Shown here: piece after piece, positions 47,613 to 56,799 of the stretch | How the letters are laid out: each line of letters starts with the position of its first letter | Position numbering within the stretch: the stretch's first letter is position 1 | NCBI GenBank assembly: GCA_965204745.1 | Contig: OZ242010.1 | Location: 1,184,001-1,248,000, forward strand | DNA length: 64,000 bases | Origin: Candidatus Latescibacterota bacterium | GTDB lineage: Bacteria; Latescibacterota; UBA2968 | Reading direction: 5' to 3' | Position numbers and translations under genes: made by a program | The notes under the pieces: generated by a model | The model's input: the letters and a program-made list of their open reading frames with translations, nothing else | What the model was told of the DNA's origin: nothing | Databases searched by the model: none

Positions 47613-49031
47613 ATGGCCAAAACGCCTGAAGATGTCCTCGCAATGATCAAAGATGAGGGCATTAGAGTCGTTGACCTGCGCTTTACCGATTTTCCCGGGC
47701 ACTGGCAACATTTTACGATCAAGGCCTCTGATGTCGACGAAGAGACCTTCGAAGATGGGCTCGGTTTCGATGGCTCCAGCATTCGCGGTTGGCAGGCCAT
47801 CAACGAATCGGATATGCTCGTGATGCCCGATGCTTCCACGGCATTTATCGATCCCTTTTTCAAAGAACGCACGCTGGTGATGATCTCCGACATTGCGGAC
47901 CCCATTACCAAGAGCGGGTATTCGCGCGATCCGCGTTCGGTTGCCAAAAAAGCCCAAGCCTATTTGCAGTCCACGGGCATTGGCGATGTGGCACATTTCG
48001 GCCCGGAAGCCGAATTTTTTGTTTTTGACGACGTGCGCTTTAGCGAGGGTGCAAACCACGCCTCCTACAGCGTGGATTCCGTTGAAGGCTATTGGAATTC
48101 GGGCAGGGATGAAGGCCCCAACTTGGGGTATAAACCGCGCCACAAAGAGGGCTATTTTCCGGTGCCGCCCCACGATACACTGCAAGACATCCGCACGGAA
48201 ATGGTGCTGACGCTGGAAGATTTGGGCGTTGATTCCGAGATCCATCACCACGAAGTCGCAACCGGTGGTCAGTGCGAAATCGACATTCGTTATTGCCCGA
48301 TGGTCGAATGCGCCGACAAAATGGCGAAGTACAAATACATCGTCAAAAATGTGGCGCACAAACACGGCAAAACCGTGACCTTCATGCCCAAGCCCCTTTT
48401 TGAAGACAATGGCACGGGCATGCACACGCACCAGAGCATCTGGCGAGGCGATGAGCCGCTCTTTGCCGGTTCCGGCTACGCGGGCCTCAGCGAGACCGCC
48501 CTGTACTATATCGGTGGCATTCTCAAACACGCAAACGCGCTGATCGCATTGACCAATCCCACCACCAATTCGTTTAAGCGGTTGGTGCCCGGGTACGAAG
48601 CGCCGGTCAATTTGGCCTATTCGCAGCGCAACCGCAGTGCTTCGGTGCGTATCCCAATGTATTCGCAAAGCCCCAAAGCCAAGCGGATCGAGTTTCGTTG
48701 TCCAGATCCGAGTGCGAATCCCTATCTGGCGTTCTCGGCGATGTTGATGGCCGGGCTGGATGGCATTCAGAACAAAATCGATCCGGGCGAACCGCTCGAC
48801 AAAAACCTCTACGATCTCGAGCCCGAAGAGGCCGCATCCATTCCGCAGACGCCCGCATCGCTGGCCGATGCTTTGACCGCGCTGGAAGAGAATCACGATT
48901 TCTTGCTCAAGGGCGATGTGTTCACCGACGATGTGATTGAAACGTGGATCGCATACAAGCGCGAGAATGAGGTCGACGCGGTCAATCAGCGTCCCCACCC
49001 CCACGAATTCGCGCTTTACTTCGATGTGTAG
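47613..49031 (+). CDS. glnA: Glutamine synthetase type I
   Basis: [35 protein letters not shown] adenylylation site. Confidence 0.97.
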   Translation: MAKTPEDVLAMIKDEGIRVVDLRFTDFPGHWQHFTIKASDVDEETFEDGLGFDGSSIRGWQAINESDMLVMPDASTAFIDPFFKERTLVMISDIADPITKSGYSRDPRSVAKKAQAYLQSTGIGDVAHFGPEAEFFVFDDVRFSEGANHASYSVDSVEGYWNSGRDEGPNLGYKPRHKEGYFPVPPHDTLQDIRTEMVLTLEDLGVDSEIHHHEVATGGQCEIDIRYCPMVECADKMAKYKYIVKNVAHKHGKTVTFMPKPLFEDNGTGMHTHQSIWRGDEPLFAGSGYAGLSETALYYIGGILKHANALIALTNPTTNSFKRLVPGYEAPVNLAYSQRNRSASVRIPMYSQSPKAKRIEFRCPDPSANPYLAFSAMLMAGLDGIQNKIDPGEPLDKNLYDLEPEEAASIPQTPASLADALTALEENHDFLLKGDVFTDDVIETWIAYKRENEVDAVNQRPHPHEFALYFDV

Positions 49032-49058
49032 CGCGTAAGCGATTTTCAGTACATGCAC

Positions 49059-49097
49059 AAAAGCAGGTGGTTATTCGACCACCTGCTTTTTTTTTTC
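49059..49097. terminator. Bidirectional intrinsic terminator
   Basis: AAAGCAGGTGGT...ACCACCTGCTTT plus T run between convergent genes. Confidence 0.8.
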
Positions 49098-49113
49098 TCG
49101 ATTCGTTGCGGGA

Positions 49114-49902
49114 TCAATCCCTCAATTTCGTCTTCTCATCCCATCGCACCACATCCAAGTGTTTTTGCGAAAAACCGACCGCGTCCCGAACATCTGCGCC
49201 GCGCATGTCCGCATTGTCGAATTGGGCTTTGTACAGGTCGGTTTTTTCCATGCGGGCGCGCTGGAGATTGGCGTTTCGCAAATCGACTTTGACGAGGTCC
49301 GATTCTTGGAGTTTCGCGCTTTGCAGGTTGGCCCCGCTTAAATTGGCATCTGTCAAATCCGATTTTCGGATGTCCGCGGTTCGCAAAACCGCGTTTTCAA
49401 AATCCACGTTGACCGCGATGGTTTCCGACAAATTGGCTCGGTAAAAATTCGCGTTTTTGCATCGCGCCCCGCGCAAATTGCACCCGACTAATCTCGCGCC
49501 TTCAAAATTCGCGCCTTCGAGATTCGCACCGCTGAGGTCTGCTAATTCCAGATCTGCCGGGGCCGCCTGCACGCCTTTGAGGTTGGCGCGGGTGAGGATC
49601 GCGTTTTGCAAGAACGCGCCGCTGATATCCGCGCCTTCGAGGTTCGCGTCGGTCAAATTGGCCTGCAAAAAACGCACGCGTTGCAAGTTGGCCCCGGACA
49701 AGTTCGCCCCGCGCAACTGCGCGCCGCTGAGAATGGCCTCGCGCATGTCGGCGTTTTGTAAGTGTGCGTTTTGCAAGTCCGCGCGGTTCAGATTCGCGCC
49801 CGCCAAGTCCGCGCGTTCACCCGCCGCGCCATTGGACGCGAGCCACGCTCGATGCCGTGCGAGGATGTCGCGCACTTGCGCTGGTGATAGGAGTTTTGGC
49901 AT
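49114..49902 (-). CDS. Pentapeptide repeat protein
   Basis: Continuous A(N/D)LxxA(N/D)L repeats. Confidence 0.92.
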   Translation of the reverse strand: MPKLLSPAQVRDILARHRAWLASNGAAGERADLAGANLNRADLQNAHLQNADMREAILSGAQLRGANLSGANLQRVRFLQANLTDANLEGADISGAFLQNAILTRANLKGVQAAPADLELADLSGANLEGANFEGARLVGCNLRGARCKNANFYRANLSETIAVNVDFENAVLRTADIRKSDLTDANLSGANLQSAKLQESDLVKVDLRNANLQRARMEKTDLYKAQFDNADMRGADVRDAVGFSQKHLDVVRWDEKTKLRD

Positions 49903-49916
49903 GTCATCGTTCCTTT

Positions 49917-50474
49917 CTAAATCTCAATGATCTCGCTTTCGGTTACGATGAAATCCATCTTCACATCGTGTGGTTCGGCGGGTACGCGGTCTATGATCTG
50001 AAAGGCATAAGCGAGGCCGATTCGGACGGCTTTGGTCCGCGTCAAAAATCGGTCGTAGTACCCCTTGCCCGATCCGATCCGATGCCCATAGCGATCAAAT
50101 GCGATGCCGGGGATGAGGATCGAGTCGATGGTATGAGGTGGCAAAATCGCGTTGGGATTTGGCACGGGTTCGCGCAAGCCATAATGTGCGGTTCGCAATT
50201 CATTCAGCCCGGCTATCGCTTGAAAATCCATGACCCCATCCTGTCGCGCAATGGGCACGCCCACGCGTTTTCCGTCGCGGAGTGCTACGCGAATCAGGGT
50301 TTTGGTATCCACTTCATTGTTCACCGAGACATAACACGCGACGCGCTGTGCAACTCGGTACGCGGGCATGCGAATCAGCCTGCGATGAATCCGCAAACTC
50401 TTCTCCCGCACCACGCACTCGGGCAGTTGAATGCGGGCGGCGCGCAGGCGGCGTTTTAGATTTTGTTTGGTCAT
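49917..50474 (-). CDS. 5-formyltetrahydrofolate cyclo-ligase
   Basis: EVDT, PGIAFD, RIGSGKGYYDR, HDVKMD. Confidence 0.92.
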   Translation of the reverse strand: MTKQNLKRRLRAARIQLPECVVREKSLRIHRRLIRMPAYRVAQRVACYVSVNNEVDTKTLIRVALRDGKRVGVPIARQDGVMDFQAIAGLNELRTAHYGLREPVPNPNAILPPHTIDSILIPGIAFDRYGHRIGSGKGYYDRFLTRTKAVRIGLAYAFQIIDRVPAEPHDVKMDFIVTESEIIEI

Positions 50475-50489
50475 GCGGCGTGGTCAGTA

Positions 50490-51081
50490 GGTTGTGTTGA
50501 CATTTTATTTTTTTGCCTAACGTTACGCACAGAGTAGCAAATGTGTTGCTTGCCCATTTAAGGCGTTTGGTCCTTTGATGGCTTATATATCTGGTTGCTC
50601 TGATGGCGTTGCGCGAGGGGACCTATCCCCCGGCCCCGTTATTCGCTTCGCTCATTGTAGGCTACGCCTGTGCCTACGAGGAAAGGGGAGTAAAGCTCCT
50701 TTGAGGGCTTCTCGCTCTGGTTGCTCTGATGGCGTTGCGCGAGGGGACCTATCCCCCGGCCCCGTTATTCGCTTCGCTCATTGTAGGCTACGCCTGTGCC
50801 TACGAGGAAAGGGGAGTAAAGTCCCTTTGATGGCTTATCTCAAGGGTTGCTCTGATGGCATTGCGCGAGGGCATAAAGCGATTAAATATCCCTCACACTA
50901 TCCTCCCGCAAAACCCATCCGCGTTCCCCCCTTCCTCGCAGGAAGGGGGGTTAGGGGGGTAGGTCCCGATAAGGAGCGACTATTCCAGTTTCTCAAACCG
51001 AGAGCATATTCTGCGATAGAGCTTGATTTTTTCGATAAACCGCTCAAGCCAGTTGCTTTGCTCGTAAATGTCAACACGACC
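50490..51081. mobile_element. Non-autonomous IS5-family derivative (592 bp) with TA target duplication
   Basis: TA|GGTTGTGTTGACATTT...AAATGTCAACACGACC|TA; transposase-tail remnant ERFIEKIKLYRRICSRFEKL; internal 126-bp tandem duplication. Confidence 0.8.
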
Positions 51082-51779
51082 TAATAAGTCGCGCCTGTGG
51101 AATCCACCATGGGCACGAACCGCACGGGGATGATGAGATCCCGTTGCAACTCGCCCATCCGTTTGGTCAGCAGCACCAACTCCTGTGCATCGCTTTCGCC
51201 CACGGGAATCACCATGCGCCCGCCCTCGGCGAGTTGCGCTTGCAGGGGTTGGGGCACTTGCGTTGGCGAACACGTCACGATAATCGCGTCAAAAGGCGCG
51301 TGTTCGGCCCATCCCTTGTACCCATCGCCAATTTTTATTTCGACATTCTCATATCCCAAAGCATCTAGCAAACCCGCCGCGCGATTGCCCAGCACTTCTA
51401 CGATCTCGATGGTATAAACACTGTCGCACAACTCGCCCAAGATCGCCGCCTGATATCCCGAACCCGTCCCAATTTCCAGCACCTTATCCGCCCGCTTCAA
51501 CTTCAGCACCTCGGTCATCAGCGCGACGATGTACGGCTGCGAAATGGTCTGCCCCTCGCCGATAGGCAACGGGTGATCGTCATACGCACGCGAAACATAA
51601 GGCGCGGGCACAAACCGATGGCGTTCCACCTTTCGCATCGCCGCGAGCACGGCCGGATCCGCAATCCCTCGATTTTCAATCTGTGTTTTTACCATGCGTT
51701 CTCGCAATCGCTCCATCCTGTCCTGCGTCCACGCCGAGGTGAACAGCATCGCCACACACAACAGCACCAAAATTCGCAT
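51081..51779 (-). CDS. pcm: Protein-L-isoaspartate O-methyltransferase
   Basis: GQTISQPYIV, VLEIGTGSGYQAA, GDGYKGW, VRFVPM. Confidence 0.93.
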   Translation of the reverse strand: MRILVLLCVAMLFTSAWTQDRMERLRERMVKTQIENRGIADPAVLAAMRKVERHRFVPAPYVSRAYDDHPLPIGEGQTISQPYIVALMTEVLKLKRADKVLEIGTGSGYQAAILGELCDSVYTIEIVEVLGNRAAGLLDALGYENVEIKIGDGYKGWAEHAPFDAIIVTCSPTQVPQPLQAQLAEGGRMVIPVGESDAQELVLLTKRMGELQRDLIIPVRFVPMVDSTGATY

Positions 51780-51790
51780 CTCGACCTCCG

Positions 51791-53380
51791 TCATGTCACC
51801 ACAAAAGTCGCTTTGACCTCCGCGCTCTCTGCATAGCCAATCCGAATGGCTTTCGCCCGCATCGCGGTTTCGCCTTTTGGCAATCGAATGGGCTGGGAAT
51901 ACAACCGCCAGCGCGTGTCTCCGTCGAATTGATACGCCATAGACGCGCCCTGCGTCCCGCAGTAAAATTGCACCAGCATCGGCCCTTGAAATGTGCCGCC
52001 GTCGGGCGCGGCGCTTCGACCGGGGTTTTCCTCGCAAATCGGCACGAACACCGGCGTGCCGGTCCGCGGTTGGGATGTGCCCTGCCACATGCGAAACACC
52101 ATCTGATCTTCGGGCACATCGCCCCAGGTGTCGTAGTTGTCGCGCCATTCGTCCAGCGCGTAGCGCATGCGATCCAATGTCTCGGCATGCGCCGGGTCGT
52201 CTGCCAGATTGTTGACCTCAAACGGATCGACCTCTGTGTCGTACAATTCCTCGACCGGGCGTTGTCGAAACATCGCATTTTGCGCGCCTTCCAACTCGCC
52301 CGCCAAATGCAGTCGCCACATTTCTTGCAAGGCCGGGTGCCGGTTGCGATACGGAATCCACAGCAAATACGGGTTTTCCGGCATGTAATTTCGGATGTAC
52401 TTAAACCGCTTGTCGCGCACTGCCCGCATCATATCGTAAGATTCGTCATACCGATCCCGCGTCGCAAAAACGTAGTCCCTGTCTTTCGCCGCCGGCCCCA
52501 CAAAGGGTTGGCCCTGCATGTGCGCGGGGATCTGCACCTCGGCCAGTGACAACACCGTCGGCCCCAAGTCGATCATGCTCACCAACCGATCATCCACGCT
52601 ACCCGCTTCCAACGCGCCCGGCCAACGCACGATGCACGGCACGCGAATGCCCGCGTCATAAGGCCAGCGTTTGGCGCGCGGCAAGCCCTCGCCGTGGTCG
52701 CTCCAGATAAACACAATCGTATTGTCCGCCAGGCCATCGTCTTCCAACTGTTGCAACATCTCGCCGACCCACGCATCGTTGTCCGCGATGTTGTCGTAAT
52801 GCCGCGCCAGTGCCAGCCGCGCTTTGGGCGTATTGGGAATGTACGGGGGCAGCGTGACCGCATCGGGGTCCGTCTCCACCACGGCCCGCTTTTCGGGCCA
52901 CATGCCGCTCTCGTGCGACACCGTGCGGTTGAACACCGCAAAAAACGGCGCGCCGTCGGGCCGATCGCGCCAATGTGCCTGCGCGCTCAATTCATCCCAC
53001 GCGGTGATCGGCGGGGCAAATTGGTAATCGGTCTTGGTGTTGTTCGTGCAATAATACCCGGCCATCCGCAAATACTCCGGAAAGCACTTCACGTAATGCG
53101 GGGGCACCGCGTCGTAGGGCGTGGGCATTTGCGGCGCGTGCTCATTGGTGTGGCGCACGCGCATGTGTTGCGCGCCAATCGCCGTTTGATACATGCCCGT
53201 GATAATCGCCGCCCGGCTCGGCGCGCACACGCCCGCAGTCGAAAACGCATTGGGATACCGACAACCCTCTGCGGCCAAGCGATCCAAGTTCGGCGTGCGC
53301 GCCACCTCATCGCCATAACACCCAAACCGCGGGCTCGTATCCTCTAAAGACAACCACAAGATATTCGGTCTCTCGCTCAT
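51791..53380 (-). CDS. Formylglycine-dependent sulfatase
   Basis: RPNILW, CAPSRAAIITG, SDHG, ELYD..DPFEVNNLA. Confidence 0.92.
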   Translation of the reverse strand: MSERPNILWLSLEDTSPRFGCYGDEVARTPNLDRLAAEGCRYPNAFSTAGVCAPSRAAIITGMYQTAIGAQHMRVRHTNEHAPQMPTPYDAVPPHYVKCFPEYLRMAGYYCTNNTKTDYQFAPPITAWDELSAQAHWRDRPDGAPFFAVFNRTVSHESGMWPEKRAVVETDPDAVTLPPYIPNTPKARLALARHYDNIADNDAWVGEMLQQLEDDGLADNTIVFIWSDHGEGLPRAKRWPYDAGIRVPCIVRWPGALEAGSVDDRLVSMIDLGPTVLSLAEVQIPAHMQGQPFVGPAAKDRDYVFATRDRYDESYDMMRAVRDKRFKYIRNYMPENPYLLWIPYRNRHPALQEMWRLHLAGELEGAQNAMFRQRPVEELYDTEVDPFEVNNLADDPAHAETLDRMRYALDEWRDNYDTWGDVPEDQMVFRMWQGTSQPRTGTPVFVPICEENPGRSAAPDGGTFQGPMLVQFYCGTQGASMAYQFDGDTRWRLYSQPIRLPKGETAMRAKAIRIGYAESAEVKATFVVT

Positions 53381-53422
53381 CGCTCATCCTCTGTGAGGGG
53401 TTGGGATTCTGCCTCGATATCT

Positions 53423-53737
53423 TCAATCGAAGACAACATATTCAACTTCTCTCAAGATATGCGGGCCGAGATATGGACTGAGCGCGTCTGTCGTCACCAG
53501 ATCGACGCGCCGTCCCAAGATATTTTCTAAAAAGAATGACAGGGCCATGAAGCGATCAAACGATTTCTGCCCAGGCTCAAATTCGACGAGCAAATCGACA
53601 TCGCTATCATCTCCCTGCCTCTCCGTTGCAAACGATCCGAAAAGCCCCAAACGCTTAATACCGTATTTTTGGATTTCAATTTGGTTTTCTTTCACGAGAG
53701 AGACCAACTCATCCTTTGATTGAATCGCCGTATCCAC
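53423..53737 (-). CDS. Minimal nucleotidyltransferase (MNT); partner gene appears deleted
   Basis: GLFGSFA...SDVDLLVEF, VDLVT; GTG start after GGAGG. Confidence 0.85.
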   Translation of the reverse strand: MDTAIQSKDELVSLVKENQIEIQKYGIKRLGLFGSFATERQGDDSDVDLLVEFEPGQKSFDRFMALSFFLENILGRRVDLVTTDALSPYLGPHILREVEYVVFD

Positions 53738-53824
53738 GCGCCCAACCTCCATTTCGACAAATAGAAACACCATCCAGATTTGAAACGCGATACACAATGT
53801 TTCGCTCTTAGGCCCTTGCGTATC

Positions 53825-53977
53825 CTATGGATTATCAAGTCTTAGACGGTAGGTTAGCAATTCCTCGTCCGTCAGGCGTTCTTGAGGCACCAACCGATAG
53901 TGCCGTTCAGAGACTTTTCGCACTTCGCCATCCACGATCTCCAATTCAAATAGGGCAATGACATTTTCAGCGTACTG
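53825..53977 (-). pseudogene. C-terminal remnant of a probable cognate restriction endonuclease
   Basis: Start-less frame VIALFELEIVDGEVRKVSERHYRLVPQERLTDEELLTYR* directly after the methyltransferase. Confidence 0.5.
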
Positions 53978-55303
53978 TTACTCGCCCTTGGATTGGCCTT
54001 CCCAACGCAACAACACAACCTCTTCCCGAATATGTTGCTGAGTCGCGGTAGAAAACCTTTGTCTGAACAGATCGATATCCAGCACTTTATACCCCAATCG
54101 GTCTGCAATTTCTGCCAACAACTGTCCGGTTTTGATTAAAACGCGAAAATAAGAAGCCTGATCACCCACCACATAGGCGAGAAAAGCACCGGGTTTCAAA
54201 ATGGGTTTCAGGTTTTCTAAATGCCGCGTCAGGCCCCCAAAATAATGACAGACAACCTGAGCGTATAATTTTTCAAATCCCGATGTTTTGTTCAATGCAA
54301 CCCGGCGATTTTCTATGGCTTCTGCCAACTTTTGTATGCTGTCAAATTTTGCGACCCAGTCTCTATCCCTATCTTTTTTGTACACGCCTCGCGTATTGGA
54401 TCGTATCAACCTGCTTTTGTGGATTCGCAGATCTTTTCGATCCGCCATAAACCCCAGTAACACAGATTCCAAGCGCGTCGTTCGGGTATAATCCTTTTCA
54501 TTGGGATAGGGCGGCGACGTGATAACCGCATCGATGGATCGGGGTTGCAAAAGTTTTTTTAGGTTGCGCGCATCGCCAAAACGAACGACCGAGGAAATAT
54601 GGGCATGGGGTTTTACTTTGATTAAGTCTTCACGCATACTTCTAACACCCGCTAACCAAGGCGCGATGACAGGCGCGTCGATCTTGGCCTTACCCACGCC
54701 AACTTCTGGTCCAAAGCGCAAATTGCTCGCGGTATAAACCAACTGTTTGGCGAGTGCTAAACGCTCGTAGTCATAACATCTCGCGTGCTTTAATTGGTCA
54801 ATTTTTTCTGAAAGAGCCAAAACCTTGTGCAGTGGTTTGGGACTGATTGAGTTTGTAATGATCAACTTTTCTCGTTCGGGGCTGAGTGTCCGCAGGTTCG
54901 AGGGATTCTTTTTATCGAGAGGTTGAAAGAGCGAGGCGTCATCCACGCCTTCCAACGCCAGCAACTTTGACGTTTCTGCGGCAACCATTTCTGCATGATC
55001 GATGAGAACATCGGGGTCTATATCCCAATCCGTCTTCACACTTGCGGCGAATTTGACAACGGGATTGGCCTCAATGCCAAAACTCTTTATGCCCTGTTTT
55101 TTGCAGGCGACCAAAGTCGTGCCCGTGCCACAAAAGGGGTCTAAAACAGCACTTTTTTTTTCGAGTTCAAAACGTGCGATATAATTTTTTACGAGATGGG
55201 GGGGATATGAGAGAACAAACCGATACCACTCGTTGACCGGGCGGTCTTCGGGATACAGTCGATTGCGTTCTGCGCCTTGATTGGTTTGCGTCAAATATGG
55301 CAT
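53978..55303 (-). CDS. Alpha-class N4-cytosine DNA methyltransferase
   Basis: Motif I DPFCGTG precedes motif IV TSPPY; AT-rich. Confidence 0.88.
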   Translation of the reverse strand: MPYLTQTNQGAERNRLYPEDRPVNEWYRFVLSYPPHLVKNYIARFELEKKSAVLDPFCGTGTTLVACKKQGIKSFGIEANPVVKFAASVKTDWDIDPDVLIDHAEMVAAETSKLLALEGVDDASLFQPLDKKNPSNLRTLSPEREKLIITNSISPKPLHKVLALSEKIDQLKHARCYDYERLALAKQLVYTASNLRFGPEVGVGKAKIDAPVIAPWLAGVRSMREDLIKVKPHAHISSVVRFGDARNLKKLLQPRSIDAVITSPPYPNEKDYTRTTRLESVLLGFMADRKDLRIHKSRLIRSNTRGVYKKDRDRDWVAKFDSIQKLAEAIENRRVALNKTSGFEKLYAQVVCHYFGGLTRHLENLKPILKPGAFLAYVVGDQASYFRVLIKTGQLLAEIADRLGYKVLDIDLFRQRFSTATQQHIREEVVLLRWEGQSKGE

Positions 55304-55452
55304 GGTATTTTTTATCAGTGAGCTATCGCGTCATCTGTCTCGTCCATCATGCACAAGTTTTCAATTTTAGGCAATCATTGTTTGCCTTGTCTCTGCGCGG
55401 GAATATCGTATGCTATGCAAGTTATCTTCAACCCGAAACAACGGTGAATGTT

Positions 55453-56160
55453 ATGACGCGCCCAATGATCGGCATTACCACCAGCTTTGACGCGCAAAGC
55501 AGCCAGCAATCGCTCACCCGCGACTACGTGATCGCCGTAGAACGCGCGGGCGGGTGTCCGCTACTCATGCCTATGACCGAACGACGCGCTACCCTTGTGC
55601 CGCTGTTCGGGTTGCTCGATGGCCTGATCATCACCGGCGGGCCGGGGATAACCGAGGGCTTGATCGGCGACTTGCCCGACGATCTCCCCCCGGTCGATAA
55701 AACGCGCTACCAAAACGACATGTGCGCTTTTGAATACGCAGAAAAAAAACAGATGCCCGTGTTGGGCATCTGCTATGGCATGCAATTCATCAATGCACAA
55801 TTCGGCGGCACGATCTACGCCGACATTCAAAAACAATGCGATGTTGAACCCCATTCTCCCAAACGCGCTGTGCGTGCTGTTCGCCACGCGATCTCCCTCA
55901 CCTCCAAGTCGCATCTCGCCGCGATTTTAGGCCAAACCAAATGCGAGACCAATAGCTTTCACCTTCAAGCCATTGAAACAGTCGGCGCGAAACTCAACAT
56001 CAGTGCCCGCAGTGCGGATCGCGTCATCGAAGGCATCGAAACCCCGGATGGACGCATTATCGGCGTGCAATTCCACCCTGAAAAAATGCCCCACACCCGC
56101 TTTGATCGCATCTTTGACCACTTGCTCGCACAAGTTCAGCGCGCTGTTCCAAACGCTTGA
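55453..56160 (+). CDS. Peptidase C26 / PuuD-like gamma-glutamyl hydrolase
   Basis: DGLIITGG, GICYGMQ, NSFH, GVQFHPE. Confidence 0.88.
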   Translation: MTRPMIGITTSFDAQSSQQSLTRDYVIAVERAGGCPLLMPMTERRATLVPLFGLLDGLIITGGPGITEGLIGDLPDDLPPVDKTRYQNDMCAFEYAEKKQMPVLGICYGMQFINAQFGGTIYADIQKQCDVEPHSPKRAVRAVRHAISLTSKSHLAAILGQTKCETNSFHLQAIETVGAKLNISARSADRVIEGIETPDGRIIGVQFHPEKMPHTRFDRIFDHLLAQVQRAVPNA

Positions 56161-56344
56161 TCCATCAGTGGTCAGTTCCCACCGCGCCCCACCCCCCTTC
56201 GGTGAGACGTAAGATGGAAGTTTAGCCACAAAAGGCACAAAAACACAAAAGACGATCAGTGTGTAGGGACGTGGCCCCGGTGCTCGCCCGAAGATAGGAG
56301 AGGTGAGGCAACCCCGCCACCGCCCAAGTGGTCAGTGGTCAGTA

Positions 56345-56696
56345 GGTTCTGTTGACATTTACGAGCAAAGCAACAGGCTTGAGCGGTTTATCGAGAAAAT
56401 CAAGCCCTATCGCAGAATATGCTCTCGGTTTGAGAAACTGAAACAGTCGCTCCTTATCGGGACCTACCCCCCTAACCCCCGTTACTCGCTTCGCTTCGTT
56501 GTAGGCTACGCCTGTGCCTGCGAGGAAGGGGGAACGGTGAGCGGTTTTGCGAGGGGATTGATGAGGGATATTTAATCGCTTTATGCCCTCGCAAAACGCC
56601 ATCAGAGCAACCAGAGCGAGAAGCCATCAAAGGAACTTTACTCCCCTTTCCTCGTAGGAAAGGGGCCGGGGGATAGGTCCCCTCGCGCAACGCCAT
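56345..56696. mobile_element. Truncated copy of the IS5-derived element, inverted relative to 50490-51081
   Basis: TA|GGTTCTGTTGACATTTACGAGCAAAGCAAC...; same transposase tail and palindromes. Confidence 0.8.
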
Positions 56697-56799
56697 GTTG
56701 ATGAACTTGTACCCCGATTCGCTGTGGTGCCCTGTGTCCAAAAAAAGAAAAGCCAGACACGTTATCGCGTCTGGCTTTTGTCGTGTCCATCTGTTCGCG

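Noticed and set aside
47336-47629. 97-aa ORF overlapping the ASST stop
   Set aside because: Runs through heptamer repeats and the glnA upstream region; at most a short 5' remnant
50475-50700. 6S RNA expected upstream of 5-formyl-THF cyclo-ligase
   Set aside because: The gap is fully explained by the IS5-derived element; no 6S-like structure was recognised
50592-50860. 126-bp periodic repeats as a CRISPR array
   Set aside because: Whole units are duplicated with no unique spacers, there are no cas genes, and they lie inside a TIR-bounded element
50575-51084. 169-aa ORF with an internal repeat
   Set aside because: Translation of repeat DNA within the non-autonomous element
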